Positions 1 to 7,988 of a DNA stretch of 40,233 nucleotides are shown here, piece by piece. This DNA is from Chitinophagaceae bacterium (GTDB taxonomy: Bacteria > Bacteroidota > Bacteroidia > Chitinophagales > Chitinophagaceae). The DNA lies in assembly GCA_025929635.1 (NCBI GenBank), contig JAICPX010000001.1:1-40233 (forward strand), in the 5' to 3' direction. The notes under the pieces are model-generated. The model saw only the letters and a program-made list of their open reading frames with translations. It was not told where the DNA came from and ran no database searches. Position 1 is the first letter of the stretch. Every line of letters begins with the position of its first letter. The translations under genes and the position numbers were made by a program.

Positions 1-63
1 CCGCCCCGCCGAATTAAGAGACGTATTATTCGATACAATGCCAGCTATTCCACACATAGTGTA

Positions 64-79
64 AAATAAATAAATAAAT
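64..79. repeat. (AAAT)4 microsatellite
   Basis: Four perfect tandem AAAT units read directly at 64-79, immediately before the heptamer array. Confidence 0.8.
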
Positions 80-81
80 GC

Positions 82-167
82 GTGAATCGTGAATGGTGAA
101 TGGTGAATTGAGAATTGTCAATGTGGGTGCATCATTGACATTGACCGGCTACCATTGACGACAATTG
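82..167. repeat. Heptamer short-tandem-repeat hairpin element
   Basis: Six tandem 7-nt units GTGAATC GTGAATG GTGAATG GTGAATT GAGAATT GTCAATG (82-123) and a 9-nt spacer. Inverted CATTGAC-type units follow at 133-139, 140-146, 153-159 and 160-167. Lies just 3' of the minus-strand gene ending at 186. Confidence 0.75.
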
Positions 168-185
168 GCAGGGAACGTCCTACGA

Positions 186-818
186 TCAAAAACTGATGGT
201 GAGCTTGGTTTTCATTTCATCCCAAAGAAATACCAGGTCTGTAGTTTTATCATCGATCTTTTCAGATGCGATCGTGAAGAATTCAATTGGCATATTGGTT
301 TTTTCAACCGGCGCATCAAATTGCAAAAGATCTTTCTGGCGGTTTTGTTCCAGTCCCCAGCTGTACAAGTTTGAATTGAAAACAAATGTCCATCTTGTTT
401 CCTGGGGGATGCAGTAGATGATATACCGGCCGGGTTTTATTGTTTTGCCCTGGATGGTAGCCGTAGAAAAAAACTCGATCTCGGTAGATTCGTTGGCACC
501 AAGGCGCCAGGGGATATTGTATTTAACAAGATCGCCAAAAATTTTCCTGTTTTGTTTTTGCGGCCGGCTGTAGATCACTCTCATCAATGGCAGCGATGTA
601 GTTTTTCCGCTCATCTTTAGCAAAGGAAAGTCGTTGGGGAAATAAATCATATCCATTGGCGAACGATCAGGAACTGTATAGTGATTGACTTGCGGCAGAA
701 CTTTTATTCGTTGTGAATCCATCTTAGTGGGGGGAATGTCTGTTGTCACAGGTTTTTCTTCATTGTCATTGCAACTGAAAATGAATATCGGTGTTAGTAG
801 TAGTAATAATTTTCTCAT
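186..818 (-). CDS. DUF2911 family lipoprotein
   Basis: ATG-started 210-aa ORF with a lipoprotein-type N-terminus (MRKLLLLLTPIFIFSC). The block YSRPQKQNRKIFGDLVKYNIPWRLGANESTEIEF is typical of DUF2911. Paralogous to the next ORF. Confidence 0.6.
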   Translation of the reverse strand: MRKLLLLLTPIFIFSCNDNEEKPVTTDIPPTKMDSQRIKVLPQVNHYTVPDRSPMDMIYFPNDFPLLKMSGKTTSLPLMRVIYSRPQKQNRKIFGDLVKYNIPWRLGANESTEIEFFSTATIQGKTIKPGRYIIYCIPQETRWTFVFNSNLYSWGLEQNRQKDLLQFDAPVEKTNMPIEFFTIASEKIDDKTTDLVFLWDEMKTKLTISF

Positions 819-825
819 AGCTGGT

Positions 826-1389
826 TTATAACGTGATCGGTAAAGAAATTTTCAACTGCTCCCATGAAATATTCAACGCTATTCCACTTGTAGTCTTATC
901 AAACCACATGGACATGCTTTCAACTGTTTCCTCAGTTTTTTGAACCTTCACATCAGTTCTCAGGAGATCTTTCTTTGAATCATATTTGAATGCTCCCCAT
1001 GTATCCGTATCCTTATTGATTATGATCGTCCAGGTACTTTCGTTTACGATGCCATAAAGTGTATAACGACCTTTTGGGACCTTTTTACCACCGATCTTTA
1101 CGTCTTTATAAAATTCAATTTCGGTTGCTTCGTTTGCGCCAAGCCGCCATACTTTTCCATATTCAACCAGCTCGCCAAAAATTGTTCTTCCTTGTTTTTG
1201 AGGACGGCTATAAATAATTCTTACTACTAATGGTTCAGTAGCTTTATTCTGGATCTTTAAAACGGGATAGTTGTTCGGGTAATAGCTGACATCCAGCGGA
1301 GATTTGTCAACTTCGGGTAGTTTGGCAGATTGGGAAAAAGAAAAGAGGCTGGCAAAAAATAAACAAGCTAAAACGGAAATCTTTCGCAT
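826..1389 (-). CDS. DUF2911 family secreted protein (tandem paralog)
   Basis: The ORF track starts at a TTG (1395); the first ATG at 1389 gives MRKISVLACLFFASLFSFSQS, a signal peptide. The block YSRPQKQGRTIFGELVEYGKVWRLGANEATEIEF parallels the neighbouring gene. Confidence 0.6.
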   Translation of the reverse strand: MRKISVLACLFFASLFSFSQSAKLPEVDKSPLDVSYYPNNYPVLKIQNKATEPLVVRIIYSRPQKQGRTIFGELVEYGKVWRLGANEATEIEFYKDVKIGGKKVPKGRYTLYGIVNESTWTIIINKDTDTWGAFKYDSKKDLLRTDVKVQKTEETVESMSMWFDKTTSGIALNISWEQLKISLPITL

Positions 1390-1407
1390 ACACAAGGTTT
1401 AAAAGGA

Positions 1408-1415
1408 CAAAAATA
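1408..1415 (-). promoter_or_regulatory. Bacteroidota -7 promoter box TAttTTTG
   Basis: The reverse complement of CAAAAATA is TATTTTTG, a perfect TAnnTTTG match 19 nt upstream of the ATG at 1389. Confidence 0.5.
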
Positions 1416-1458
1416 ATAGTTTCAAATTCTATGACGAATTATGGACCAGAATCGTTCG

Positions 1459-2049
1459 CTAATTATCCAATTGTTTTACAAAATTTTCGGCCATCGCCTT
1501 GAGTTCAGGAAAAAAAAGCTCATATGCTATTTTCAGTTGAGCATAATGAGTTGTAAATAACAAATAAGCCGTATCGCTTTCTTCCAGGTATTTGGCCCTT
1601 CGTACGAGACCACCAAGGCTTTTTTGAATTCCCTGTAAATACCGGTAATTATACAGCCAGTTGTGTGCTTTCATATAGGGATACATCATGCCGAATTTTT
1701 CAGGGAAATGGGCTGTAAACTGGTCAAGTATAGCGTAGACATTTGAAGTAAATGCCTGCAGGCTTTGATCCGTAAATTCATTTTCATCAAGAGCAAGAAA
1801 ATGGTCATACACTACATCCATTATTGAACCCGAGTAAAGGCCATACGCTTCCCTGAATATTTGTTTGGCCTCTTTGGTGGCAAAATGAATGTCGGTAAAA
1901 CGGTCGATCTCACGATGCAAAGCAATCCCCTGTTGAATATCGCCAGGATATTCATACTTTTTCTTTCCTTTTACGAAGTCACTGATCATATTACCTGTTA
2001 AAATGCCGGGTCTGTCAAAGGATAAGTATGCATGGGCCAGGTAATTCAT
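1459..2049 (-). CDS. acpH: Acyl carrier protein phosphodiesterase (AcpH family)
   Basis: 196-aa ORF whose N-terminus MNYLAHAYLSF and length (~193 aa expected) match the AcpH family. Confidence 0.65.
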   Translation of the reverse strand: MNYLAHAYLSFDRPGILTGNMISDFVKGKKKYEYPGDIQQGIALHREIDRFTDIHFATKEAKQIFREAYGLYSGSIMDVVYDHFLALDENEFTDQSLQAFTSNVYAILDQFTAHFPEKFGMMYPYMKAHNWLYNYRYLQGIQKSLGGLVRRAKYLEESDTAYLLFTTHYAQLKIAYELFFPELKAMAENFVKQLDN

Positions 2050-2224
2050 AGGCTAAAGATAATTGATAGACGTACGTGACCTGCTGGTGTTACAATCTCA
2101 AAACGATTTTAATCGTACTTTGCTCATTTGTTATAAAAACTTTCACATTTCGGTCCGGTACCTAACCTAATGACGAATGGAGGGAGTGTTTGTTTGACGG
2201 TAAAACAAACTGATGCCTGTACAG

Positions 2225-2291
2225 GTTCATTCAGTTTCATTCACACGTATTAACAATAGCGTCCATCAGTCACAATTGACTTGTTATCGCC
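2225..2291. repeat. Degenerate short-tandem-repeat element
   Basis: Tandem GTTCATTCA / GTTTCATTCA at 2225-2243 (minus strand reads GTGAATGAAACTGAATGAAC, like the array at 82-123). ATTGACTTGTTATCGCC at 2275-2291 resembles ATTGACTTGTATGACC at 30855-30869. Confidence 0.35.
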
Positions 2292-2378
2292 TGTAACCAA
2301 ATCTATCTTCGGATCGTCACACTTATAGACTAATAAAAACTTTTAAAAATCTTCTAAAACCAATTAAACTTTTGAGCC

Positions 2379-2819
2379 ATGAAAAAGATCGTGTTTGTGT
2401 TTGGGTTATTGTTGGCAGCGGCGGTAAGCCATGCGTACCCAAGTGAAAGAGTTTCTCCTAAAGTCCTTGCTTCATTCAAATCAGAATTTTCCAGTGCAAA
2501 AGACGTAGCGTGGGAAACAGGCAACAATTATTATAAAGCTTCCTTTTCGATGAATGAGCAACACGTGTTTGCGTACTATGATATCGAAGGACACCTGATA
2601 AGCGTCGCCAGATATATCAGTTCTTTCCAATTGCCGGTAAATCGTTTCAGCGATTTGAAAAATAACTATAGTAAATACTGGGTCAGCGACCTTTTTGAAG
2701 TAAGCAATAGCGAAGGTCTCCACTATTATATAACACTTGAAACGGCCGATACAAAACTTATACTCCGTTCAAGCAATGGGGGTGACTGGAGTACATATAG
2801 TAAGAATAAAAAGGTGTGA
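2379..2819 (+). CDS. Small secreted protein, PepSY-like family (uncertain)
   Basis: 146-aa ORF with a signal peptide (MKKIVFVFGLLLAAAVSHA). The pattern P-x-V/I-x-x-F-x-x-F-x-x-A-K-x-V-x-W-E followed by beta-rich repeats resembles Bacteroidota PepSY-like proteins. Paralog of 3084-3521. Confidence 0.45.
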   Translation: MKKIVFVFGLLLAAAVSHAYPSERVSPKVLASFKSEFSSAKDVAWETGNNYYKASFSMNEQHVFAYYDIEGHLISVARYISSFQLPVNRFSDLKNNYSKYWVSDLFEVSNSEGLHYYITLETADTKLILRSSNGGDWSTYSKNKKV

Positions 2820-2867
2820 CAAACAAGTAAGTCCCGATAGCTATCGGGAGGTGTGTGGTAAATTAGG

Positions 2868-2907
2868 AGCCCTGTTTCGCCCCAGGCGAGACGGGGCTTC
2901 TTATTTT
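2868..2907 (+). terminator. Intrinsic terminator
   Basis: AGCCCTGTTTCGCC / GGCGAGACGGGGCT forms a 14-bp stem (two G-U pairs) with a 3-nt loop, followed by TCTTATTTT. Confidence 0.6.
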
Positions 2908-3083
2908 CAGTGAAAAACCTGATCGTTAATCTCCTTAACAATCACTTCCGTTGATCTTCACAGGATTCCTTTGAGCATATTTCAGTTGACTTCCAATCAA
3001 CCTCATAATACTTTTGTATTACGTCACTCCAGTTACTACCCCTTAGAAATTCATTGAAACCGAAAATCATTAAACCTTAAACC

Positions 3084-3521
3084 ATGAAAAATATTCTAGT
3101 GACGATCGCCATTGTAGTCGTTGGCCTGTCTTCAACATTTGCTTCAGAAAATCCAATAATTGATCCCAGGATCATCTCAGCTTTTGAAAAAGACTTTTCA
3201 TTTGCCAAAAATGTAAAATGGGAAGCAAAGAAAGACCTGGCGCAGGTAAGTTTCTTATTGAATGACCAGGCCGTAACTGCATGGTATAATTCAGATGCTG
3301 TTTTGATCACCTTGGCAAGAAATCTCCTGTATAGACAGCTTCCGATTTCTGTTATTAAAGCCCTTGATCAGAAATACCCGGATGCAGCTTTGTTTGGTAT
3401 CATCGAGATAATTCATAACAATGAGGTGCAATACCAGGTGACAGCCGAAACAAAAAGGAAAACGCTTCTCTTGAAAGTAACTCCGTCAGGTAATATAACA
3501 ATTAAAAAAAGGATTAAATAA
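3084..3521 (+). CDS. Small secreted protein, PepSY-like family (paralog)
   Basis: 145-aa ORF with a signal peptide. The N-terminal pattern PRIISAFEKDFSFAKNVKWE matches PKVLASFKSEFSSAKDVAWE in the 2379 gene. Confidence 0.45.
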   Translation: MKNILVTIAIVVVGLSSTFASENPIIDPRIISAFEKDFSFAKNVKWEAKKDLAQVSFLLNDQAVTAWYNSDAVLITLARNLLYRQLPISVIKALDQKYPDAALFGIIEIIHNNEVQYQVTAETKRKTLLLKVTPSGNITIKKRIK

Positions 3522-3549
3522 ACGCAGTTCTTTAGTGAGCATGTGGTGT

Positions 3550-3575
3550 ACCCAGCGCAAGGCCGGGTTTTTTTG
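3550..3575 (+). terminator. Intrinsic terminator
   Basis: ACCCAGC...GCCGGGT stem with one mismatch, followed by TTTTTTT. Confidence 0.5.
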
Positions 3576-3685
3576 CTTTGCTTTGCTCGCAATGGCGAGG
3601 GATAATTTATTTTCGCGTTTCCTGCCGCGTTGTCTCACTTTCACCTGGGGGGAGATGATCTGAAGGCGGATCTAAAAATCACAAA

Positions 3686-4660
3686 ATGAGTAAAGGACCT
3701 GTTTCACAGTTTATACTGCATCATTATCGTCATTTTAATGCTGCTGCGCTGATTGACGCTGCTAAAGGATATGAGCAACATCTAACCGAAGGTGGTAAAA
3801 TGATGATCACACTGGCTGGTGCCATGAGTACTGCCGAATTAGGGATTTCTCTTGCTGAGATGATACGCCGGGATAAAGCGCATATTATTTCCTGTACGGG
3901 TGCCAACCTGGAAGAAGATATTATGAACCTGGTTGCACATAGTCATTATAAAAGAGTTCCGAATTACCGCGACCTCACGCCGCAGGATGAATGGGATCTT
4001 TTAGAGAATCATTATAACCGTGTTACGGACACATGTATCCCTGAAGAGGAAGCGTTTCGCCGGATCCAGGAACATATTCACAAACTCTGGAAGGATGCTG
4101 ATGATAAAGGCGAAAGATATTTTCCCCATGAATTCATGTATAAAATGTTGTTAAGTGGAGTACTGAAACAGCATTATGAGATCGATCCAAAAGATAGCTG
4201 GATGATGGCCGCTGCTGAAAAAAATCTTCCGATCGTTGTAGGTGGCTGGGAAGACAGTACTATGGGAAATATTTTTGCTTCTTATATCATCAAGAAACAG
4301 ATGAAAGCTACAACCATGAAAAGCGGGATTGAGTATATGGTGTGGTTGGCCGATTGGTACAAAAGGAACAGCGGTGGTAAAGGTGTTGGATTTTTCCAGA
4401 TCGGTGGTGGTATTGCCGGTGATTTTCCAATTTGTGTAGTACCGATGATGTACCAGGATCTCGAAATGCATGATGTGCCTTTCTGGAGTTATTTCTGCCA
4501 GATAAGCGATTCTACGACATCATTTGGTTCTTATTCCGGTGCTGTACCGAATGAAAAGATCACATGGGGTAAGTTGGGGATCGACACACCCAAATTTATT
4601 GTGGAAAGCGATGCGACAATTGTAGCGCCGTTGATATTCGCCTACTTGTTGGGATGGTAA
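3686..4660 (+). CDS. Deoxyhypusine synthase family protein (bacterial DHS-like / homospermidine-synthase-like)
   Basis: 324-aa ORF. Its N-terminus (FILHHYRHFNAAALIDAAKGY...MITLAGAMSTAELG) and length match the bacterial deoxyhypusine synthase-like family as I recall it. Confidence 0.65.
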   Translation: MSKGPVSQFILHHYRHFNAAALIDAAKGYEQHLTEGGKMMITLAGAMSTAELGISLAEMIRRDKAHIISCTGANLEEDIMNLVAHSHYKRVPNYRDLTPQDEWDLLENHYNRVTDTCIPEEEAFRRIQEHIHKLWKDADDKGERYFPHEFMYKMLLSGVLKQHYEIDPKDSWMMAAAEKNLPIVVGGWEDSTMGNIFASYIIKKQMKATTMKSGIEYMVWLADWYKRNSGGKGVGFFQIGGGIAGDFPICVVPMMYQDLEMHDVPFWSYFCQISDSTTSFGSYSGAVPNEKITWGKLGIDTPKFIVESDATIVAPLIFAYLLGW

Positions 4661-4731
4661 TTGAAGTTCAATAAAGAGGCAATGTAATTTAATTCGTCAT
4701 TGCGAACTGCGAGCTTTGCGAAGCAGTAAGC

Positions 4732-4757
4732 AAAAAAACCCCGAAGCCGGGGTTTTT
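4732..4757. terminator. Bidirectional intrinsic terminator
   Basis: AAAAAAACCCCGAAGCCGGGGTTTTT: a GC stem flanked by an A-run and a T-run, between convergent genes. Confidence 0.75.
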
Positions 4758-4780
4758 CATTTTATAGGAAAAGGTAGGGA

Positions 4781-5185
4781 TTAGTGTCTGCGATCTCTGC
4801 GATTCTCGCGACGATCTCTCTTGTCTTCACGGCGGTCACGGATATCTTCCCTGCGATCTCTCACATCTTCATTTCTGTCCCGGATATCTTCCAGACGATC
4901 TCTCATACCACCGTGGTGCCTGCGATCCCGAATATCTTCCATTCTGTCACGGCGGTCTTCTCTCCTGTCTCTTACATCTTCACGTCTGTCGCGGATATCT
5001 TCCCTGCGATCAAACTTGTTTTCAATACGGTCAAATCTTTTGCGGGCCTGGGCAGATGCGTCTGTAAAAACAGCCATTCCCAGCATTAATACAGAACCAA
5101 TAAATACGGATTTAAGGGCTTGTTTAGTTTTCATATTCTTAGTTTTAGGGTTTGTGAACGGTATCGGGTAAATAGACTCACTCAT
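4781..5185 (-). CDS. Secreted charged heptad-repeat protein (DRREDxR repeats)
   Basis: The minus-strand ORF carries a signal peptide (MKTKQALKSVFIGSVLMLGMAVFTDASAQ, from an alternative ATG at 5134). About ten 7-aa units follow: DRREDIR, DRREDVR, DRREDRR, DRMEDIR and so on. The start is ambiguous (5185 or 5134). Confidence 0.6.
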   Translation of the reverse strand: MSESIYPIPFTNPKTKNMKTKQALKSVFIGSVLMLGMAVFTDASAQARKRFDRIENKFDRREDIRDRREDVRDRREDRRDRMEDIRDRRHHGGMRDRLEDIRDRNEDVRDRREDIRDRREDKRDRRENRRDRRH

Positions 5186-5203
5186 TGCTCCAAAGTTTAA
5201 TTC

Positions 5204-5236
5204 AATAAAAAATCCTCTTACCTGGGGTAAGAGGAT
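5204..5236 (-). terminator. Intrinsic terminator
   Basis: ATCCTCTTACC / GGTAAGAGGAT is an 11-bp perfect stem. On the minus strand it is followed by TTTTTATT, downstream of the gene ending at 5262. Confidence 0.75.
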
Positions 5237-5261
5237 CGATATGTTAAGGGGAAACAGGCGA

Positions 5262-5726
5262 TCAGGAAAAATGCAATTCTTTTCTAATTAATTCGGCTTC
5301 TCTCGATGGATGAAAACGCCAGACCAGCAATGAAATAATGAACAACTTATGAATTGATGTTTCGATCAATAAACCATCCAGTGAGTAAAAAACCAATTCC
5401 CATCCCCAAATGCCAACACAGGCTATAAAGGCTGCAAGTATCGAAAGATATGGTTGCTTATTGCTATAAAAAGCAAGACCCACCATGAAGCCTGAAAGAC
5501 CCAAATAGGCAAGGAAATTCTTTGTTGAAAAAGGAGTTTCCGGCATCGTTCGAAAAATTGCCGCACCTGCGATAAGTACAAGTGCGCTGACCAATAAAAT
5601 AATCCGGGTTTTGCGAAGCCGTCTATTTAGTTGTAAAGTCTCCTGAGAGCGGTACATCTCGGAGTAATCGACGTGATTGTCGGCTATTTTTTTGTACAGG
5701 GTCGGATTTGGCTCAAGCATTTTCAT
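5262..5726 (-). CDS. Hypothetical integral membrane protein
   Basis: 154-aa ORF with about four hydrophobic segments. No family recognised. Confidence 0.5.
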   Translation of the reverse strand: MKMLEPNPTLYKKIADNHVDYSEMYRSQETLQLNRRLRKTRIILLVSALVLIAGAAIFRTMPETPFSTKNFLAYLGLSGFMVGLAFYSNKQPYLSILAAFIACVGIWGWELVFYSLDGLLIETSIHKLFIISLLVWRFHPSREAELIRKELHFS

Positions 5727-5785
5727 TAGTTTTTCTCACACGTTTTGAACTACTAAATAAGTAAATTTTTTTTATTTTTTCTAAG

Positions 5786-5793
5786 CAAAAATA
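5786..5793 (-). promoter_or_regulatory. -7 promoter box TAttTTTG
   Basis: Perfect TAnnTTTG on the minus strand, 60 nt upstream of the ATG at 5726. Confidence 0.45.
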
Positions 5794-5800
5794 CTAACAC

Positions 5801-7339
5801 TTAAAAAGCCCTTTGCGAATCCATGGGTATATCTCTTTTAAGCATTTCTTCACGATTAGCCATTTCCATTGCTGTATAAAAAACGAGCTTTGCCCGCCTT
5901 TCCAGCAGATCGTATTTTATCTTATCCGGGGTGTCAGTAGGCCTGTGATAATCCGGGTGTACACCATTGAAATAAAATATGATAGGTACTCCTTTCTCTG
6001 CAAAATTGTAATGATCACTGCGATAATAAAAGCGATTTGGATCTTTTGGATCATTGTATTTTCTATCCAGCTTCAATTTCGTATAAGTACTATTTATCTT
6101 TTCTGTTATTGGCGTGAGCTCGGTACTTAGTTTATTGTCTCCAATTACATAAACATAGTTGGTAGAATCTTTGTCTTTCATGTAATCATTGCCAATACGG
6201 CCGATCATATCAATATTTAGATCAACAGTTGTTTTTTCCAATGGGTAAACAGGATGATTTGCATAATAAGCGGAACCCCACAATCCATGTTCTTCTCCGC
6301 TTACGGTCATAAACACAATGCTGCGGCGGGGGCCTTTACCTTCGGCTTTTGCCTTTGCAAATGCTTCCGCGAGTTCTAGAATGCTGACGGTTCCGCTGCC
6401 ATCATCATCGGCACCGTAGAATATTAGTGTGTCTCTTCTGCCCACATGATCATAGTGTGCCGTGATAAAAACATACTCGTCCTTTTTATCAGTTCCTTCC
6501 ACCAGACCCATCACATTGCTTACTTGCGTGGTCAGTGTTGTTTTCCTAAATGAAAGATCAATATTCGCTTTATAAGTTTTTCCCTTTAATGAACTGGCAG
6601 TCATTTTATCAAACACTCCTTTGCCATCTTCACCCATAATACTTTCTGCAATATTTTTTGAGATGTAAAACAACTGGGGGTTGATCGTTGCCCGATAACC
6701 GTTGAGGTTCCAGTTGCTTTGACTGACCGATGGTCTTCTTGGAAAATCTTTTAAAACTATAAGAACAGCAACAGCTCCTTTTTTTGAAGCAGCATTCAAT
6801 TTCCCAAAAGTGCCGGAGGGATTTTGGAAACCTGATTGTGAAGGTTTGTAATCAGCAGGGGCACCTTCCAGTACGATAACGGCTTTACCGCGCACATCGA
6901 GGTCTTTATAACTATCCATTTTATCGTCTACAATTCCATAGCCTGCAAATACAGCTTCTGAAAAAGGTAATTCTGCGCTATAATTGCTGTTCCCGGTTTG
7001 ATAATCCGCATTTAGCTCGTATAAATTACCATTCACTTTTACCGATGAACTCAGTATGGAATCCCGGTACAGCGGATAAAACATCCTGTAGCTATCACCG
7101 TTACCCGGCTTTAGTCCCACGGATTTGAAATGTTCTTCAATGTAGTTAGCTGCGTTTTCCAAACCAGGTGATGGCGTATCTCTTCCTCCGTTCTCGGCAC
7201 TGGCAACTATATACAGGTGTTTCTTGAGATCAGCTGCAGTAATTGAATTGCCGATCTTTTCCCATGTCTTATTTTTCTTTTGTGCATGAACAATGGCTAA
7301 TGAGAGGCAGGCAATAAGTAGTAGAGTAGTTCTTTTCAT
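5801..7339 (-). CDS. M28 family metallopeptidase with PA domain
   Basis: 512 aa with a signal peptide. Zn-ligand motifs are present: ITAHYDHVG, GADDDGSG, GEEHGLWGS, and a C-terminal HPDYHRPTD. Confidence 0.8.
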   Translation of the reverse strand: MKRTTLLLIACLSLAIVHAQKKNKTWEKIGNSITAADLKKHLYIVASAENGGRDTPSPGLENAANYIEEHFKSVGLKPGNGDSYRMFYPLYRDSILSSSVKVNGNLYELNADYQTGNSNYSAELPFSEAVFAGYGIVDDKMDSYKDLDVRGKAVIVLEGAPADYKPSQSGFQNPSGTFGKLNAASKKGAVAVLIVLKDFPRRPSVSQSNWNLNGYRATINPQLFYISKNIAESIMGEDGKGVFDKMTASSLKGKTYKANIDLSFRKTTLTTQVSNVMGLVEGTDKKDEYVFITAHYDHVGRRDTLIFYGADDDGSGTVSILELAEAFAKAKAEGKGPRRSIVFMTVSGEEHGLWGSAYYANHPVYPLEKTTVDLNIDMIGRIGNDYMKDKDSTNYVYVIGDNKLSTELTPITEKINSTYTKLKLDRKYNDPKDPNRFYYRSDHYNFAEKGVPIIFYFNGVHPDYHRPTDTPDKIKYDLLERRAKLVFYTAMEMANREEMLKRDIPMDSQRAF

Positions 7340-7426
7340 GTGATATTAATGTTTTTATTTTTGTCACAAGCCGGCTGTCGCCAGGCGGGTAATTCGCCTT
7401 GCAGGAGGGCCCATTTCATGTGACCT

Positions 7427-7434
7427 CAAATATA
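7427..7434 (-). promoter_or_regulatory. -7 promoter box TAtaTTTG
   Basis: Perfect TAnnTTTG on the minus strand, 88 nt upstream of the ATG at 7339. Confidence 0.4.
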
Positions 7435-7490
7435 AGCCTGATAATTTTTAAGGAAATTATAAATGGATGAAAGGTATCAAAACTTACTGC

Positions 7491-7946
7491 TCAGCAACCT
7501 TCGGCTATTTTCTGCACCCGGCGTTGATGACGGCCGCCTTCAAAAGGAGTATTTATAAAAAGTTGAAGCATTTTTTCTGCATCTCCATCACGTACAAAGC
7601 GGGCAGGGATGCAGATCACATTTGCATTATTATGCTCCCTGGCAAGTTTTACTATCTCTTCGCCCCAGCAAATGGCTGCACGAATTCCTTTGTGTTTATT
7701 TGCCGTTATGGCAACTCCATTCGCACTGCCGCAGAGAAGGATCCCAAATGATGCCTCACCTTTTTCAACTGCATCCGATACAGGATGAGCAAAATCAGGA
7801 TAGTCAACGGAATCTTTTGAGTGGGTGCCATAATCATGAAAAGCAAGATCTTTTGCTTCAAGGAATGAGATCAATTCTTCTTTGAGATCATACCCTGCAT
7901 GATCACTGCCAATGGCAACGGGTTTGCTTAGATCAAATGAAGTCAT
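7491..7946 (-). CDS. rpiB: Ribose 5-phosphate isomerase B
   Basis: Motifs IGSDHAGYDLKEEL, LLCGSANGV, NNANVICIPARF. The tracked ORF starts at a TTG (7970) that overlaps the promoter box, so the ATG at 7946 is preferred. Confidence 0.8.
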   Translation of the reverse strand: MTSFDLSKPVAIGSDHAGYDLKEELISFLEAKDLAFHDYGTHSKDSVDYPDFAHPVSDAVEKGEASFGILLCGSANGVAITANKHKGIRAAICWGEEIVKLAREHNNANVICIPARFVRDGDAEKMLQLFINTPFEGGRHQRRVQKIAEGC

Positions 7947-7967
7947 AAAAAAATGATTATTCCTCAA

Positions 7968-7975
7968 CAAAGGTA
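7968..7975 (-). promoter_or_regulatory. -7 promoter box TAccTTTG
   Basis: Perfect TAnnTTTG on the minus strand, 22 nt upstream of the rpiB ATG. Confidence 0.55.
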
Positions 7976-7988
7976 GATTAATAAATCA

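Noticed and set aside
1-69. Possible 3' end of a plus-strand gene (frame 1 is open from position 1 to a TAA at 67-69).
   Set aside because: Only 22 codons are visible and there is no recognisable motif. This cannot be supported from the window.
82-167. The short tandem repeats here and at the other repeat loci as a CRISPR array.
   Set aside because: The units are only 7-9 nt with no spacers, the arrays have 2-6 units, and no cas genes are present.
4784-5171. Plus-strand ORFs of 101 and 116 aa overlapping the heptad-repeat gene.
   Set aside because: These are shadow frames kept open by the 21-nt repeat periodicity. They have no signal peptide or promoter box, whereas the minus-strand frame has a signal peptide and is bracketed by terminators in the correct orientation.
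7947-7970. TTG-initiated N-terminal extensions in the ORF track for rpiB (7970), and likewise for the glycosyltransferase (20068), murI (35183), gmk (13689) and the second DUF2911 gene (1395).
   Set aside because: In the rpiB, glycosyltransferase and murI cases the extension overlaps a perfect TAnnTTTG promoter box or a terminator. In every case an ATG lies just downstream at the position where the conserved N-terminus begins.
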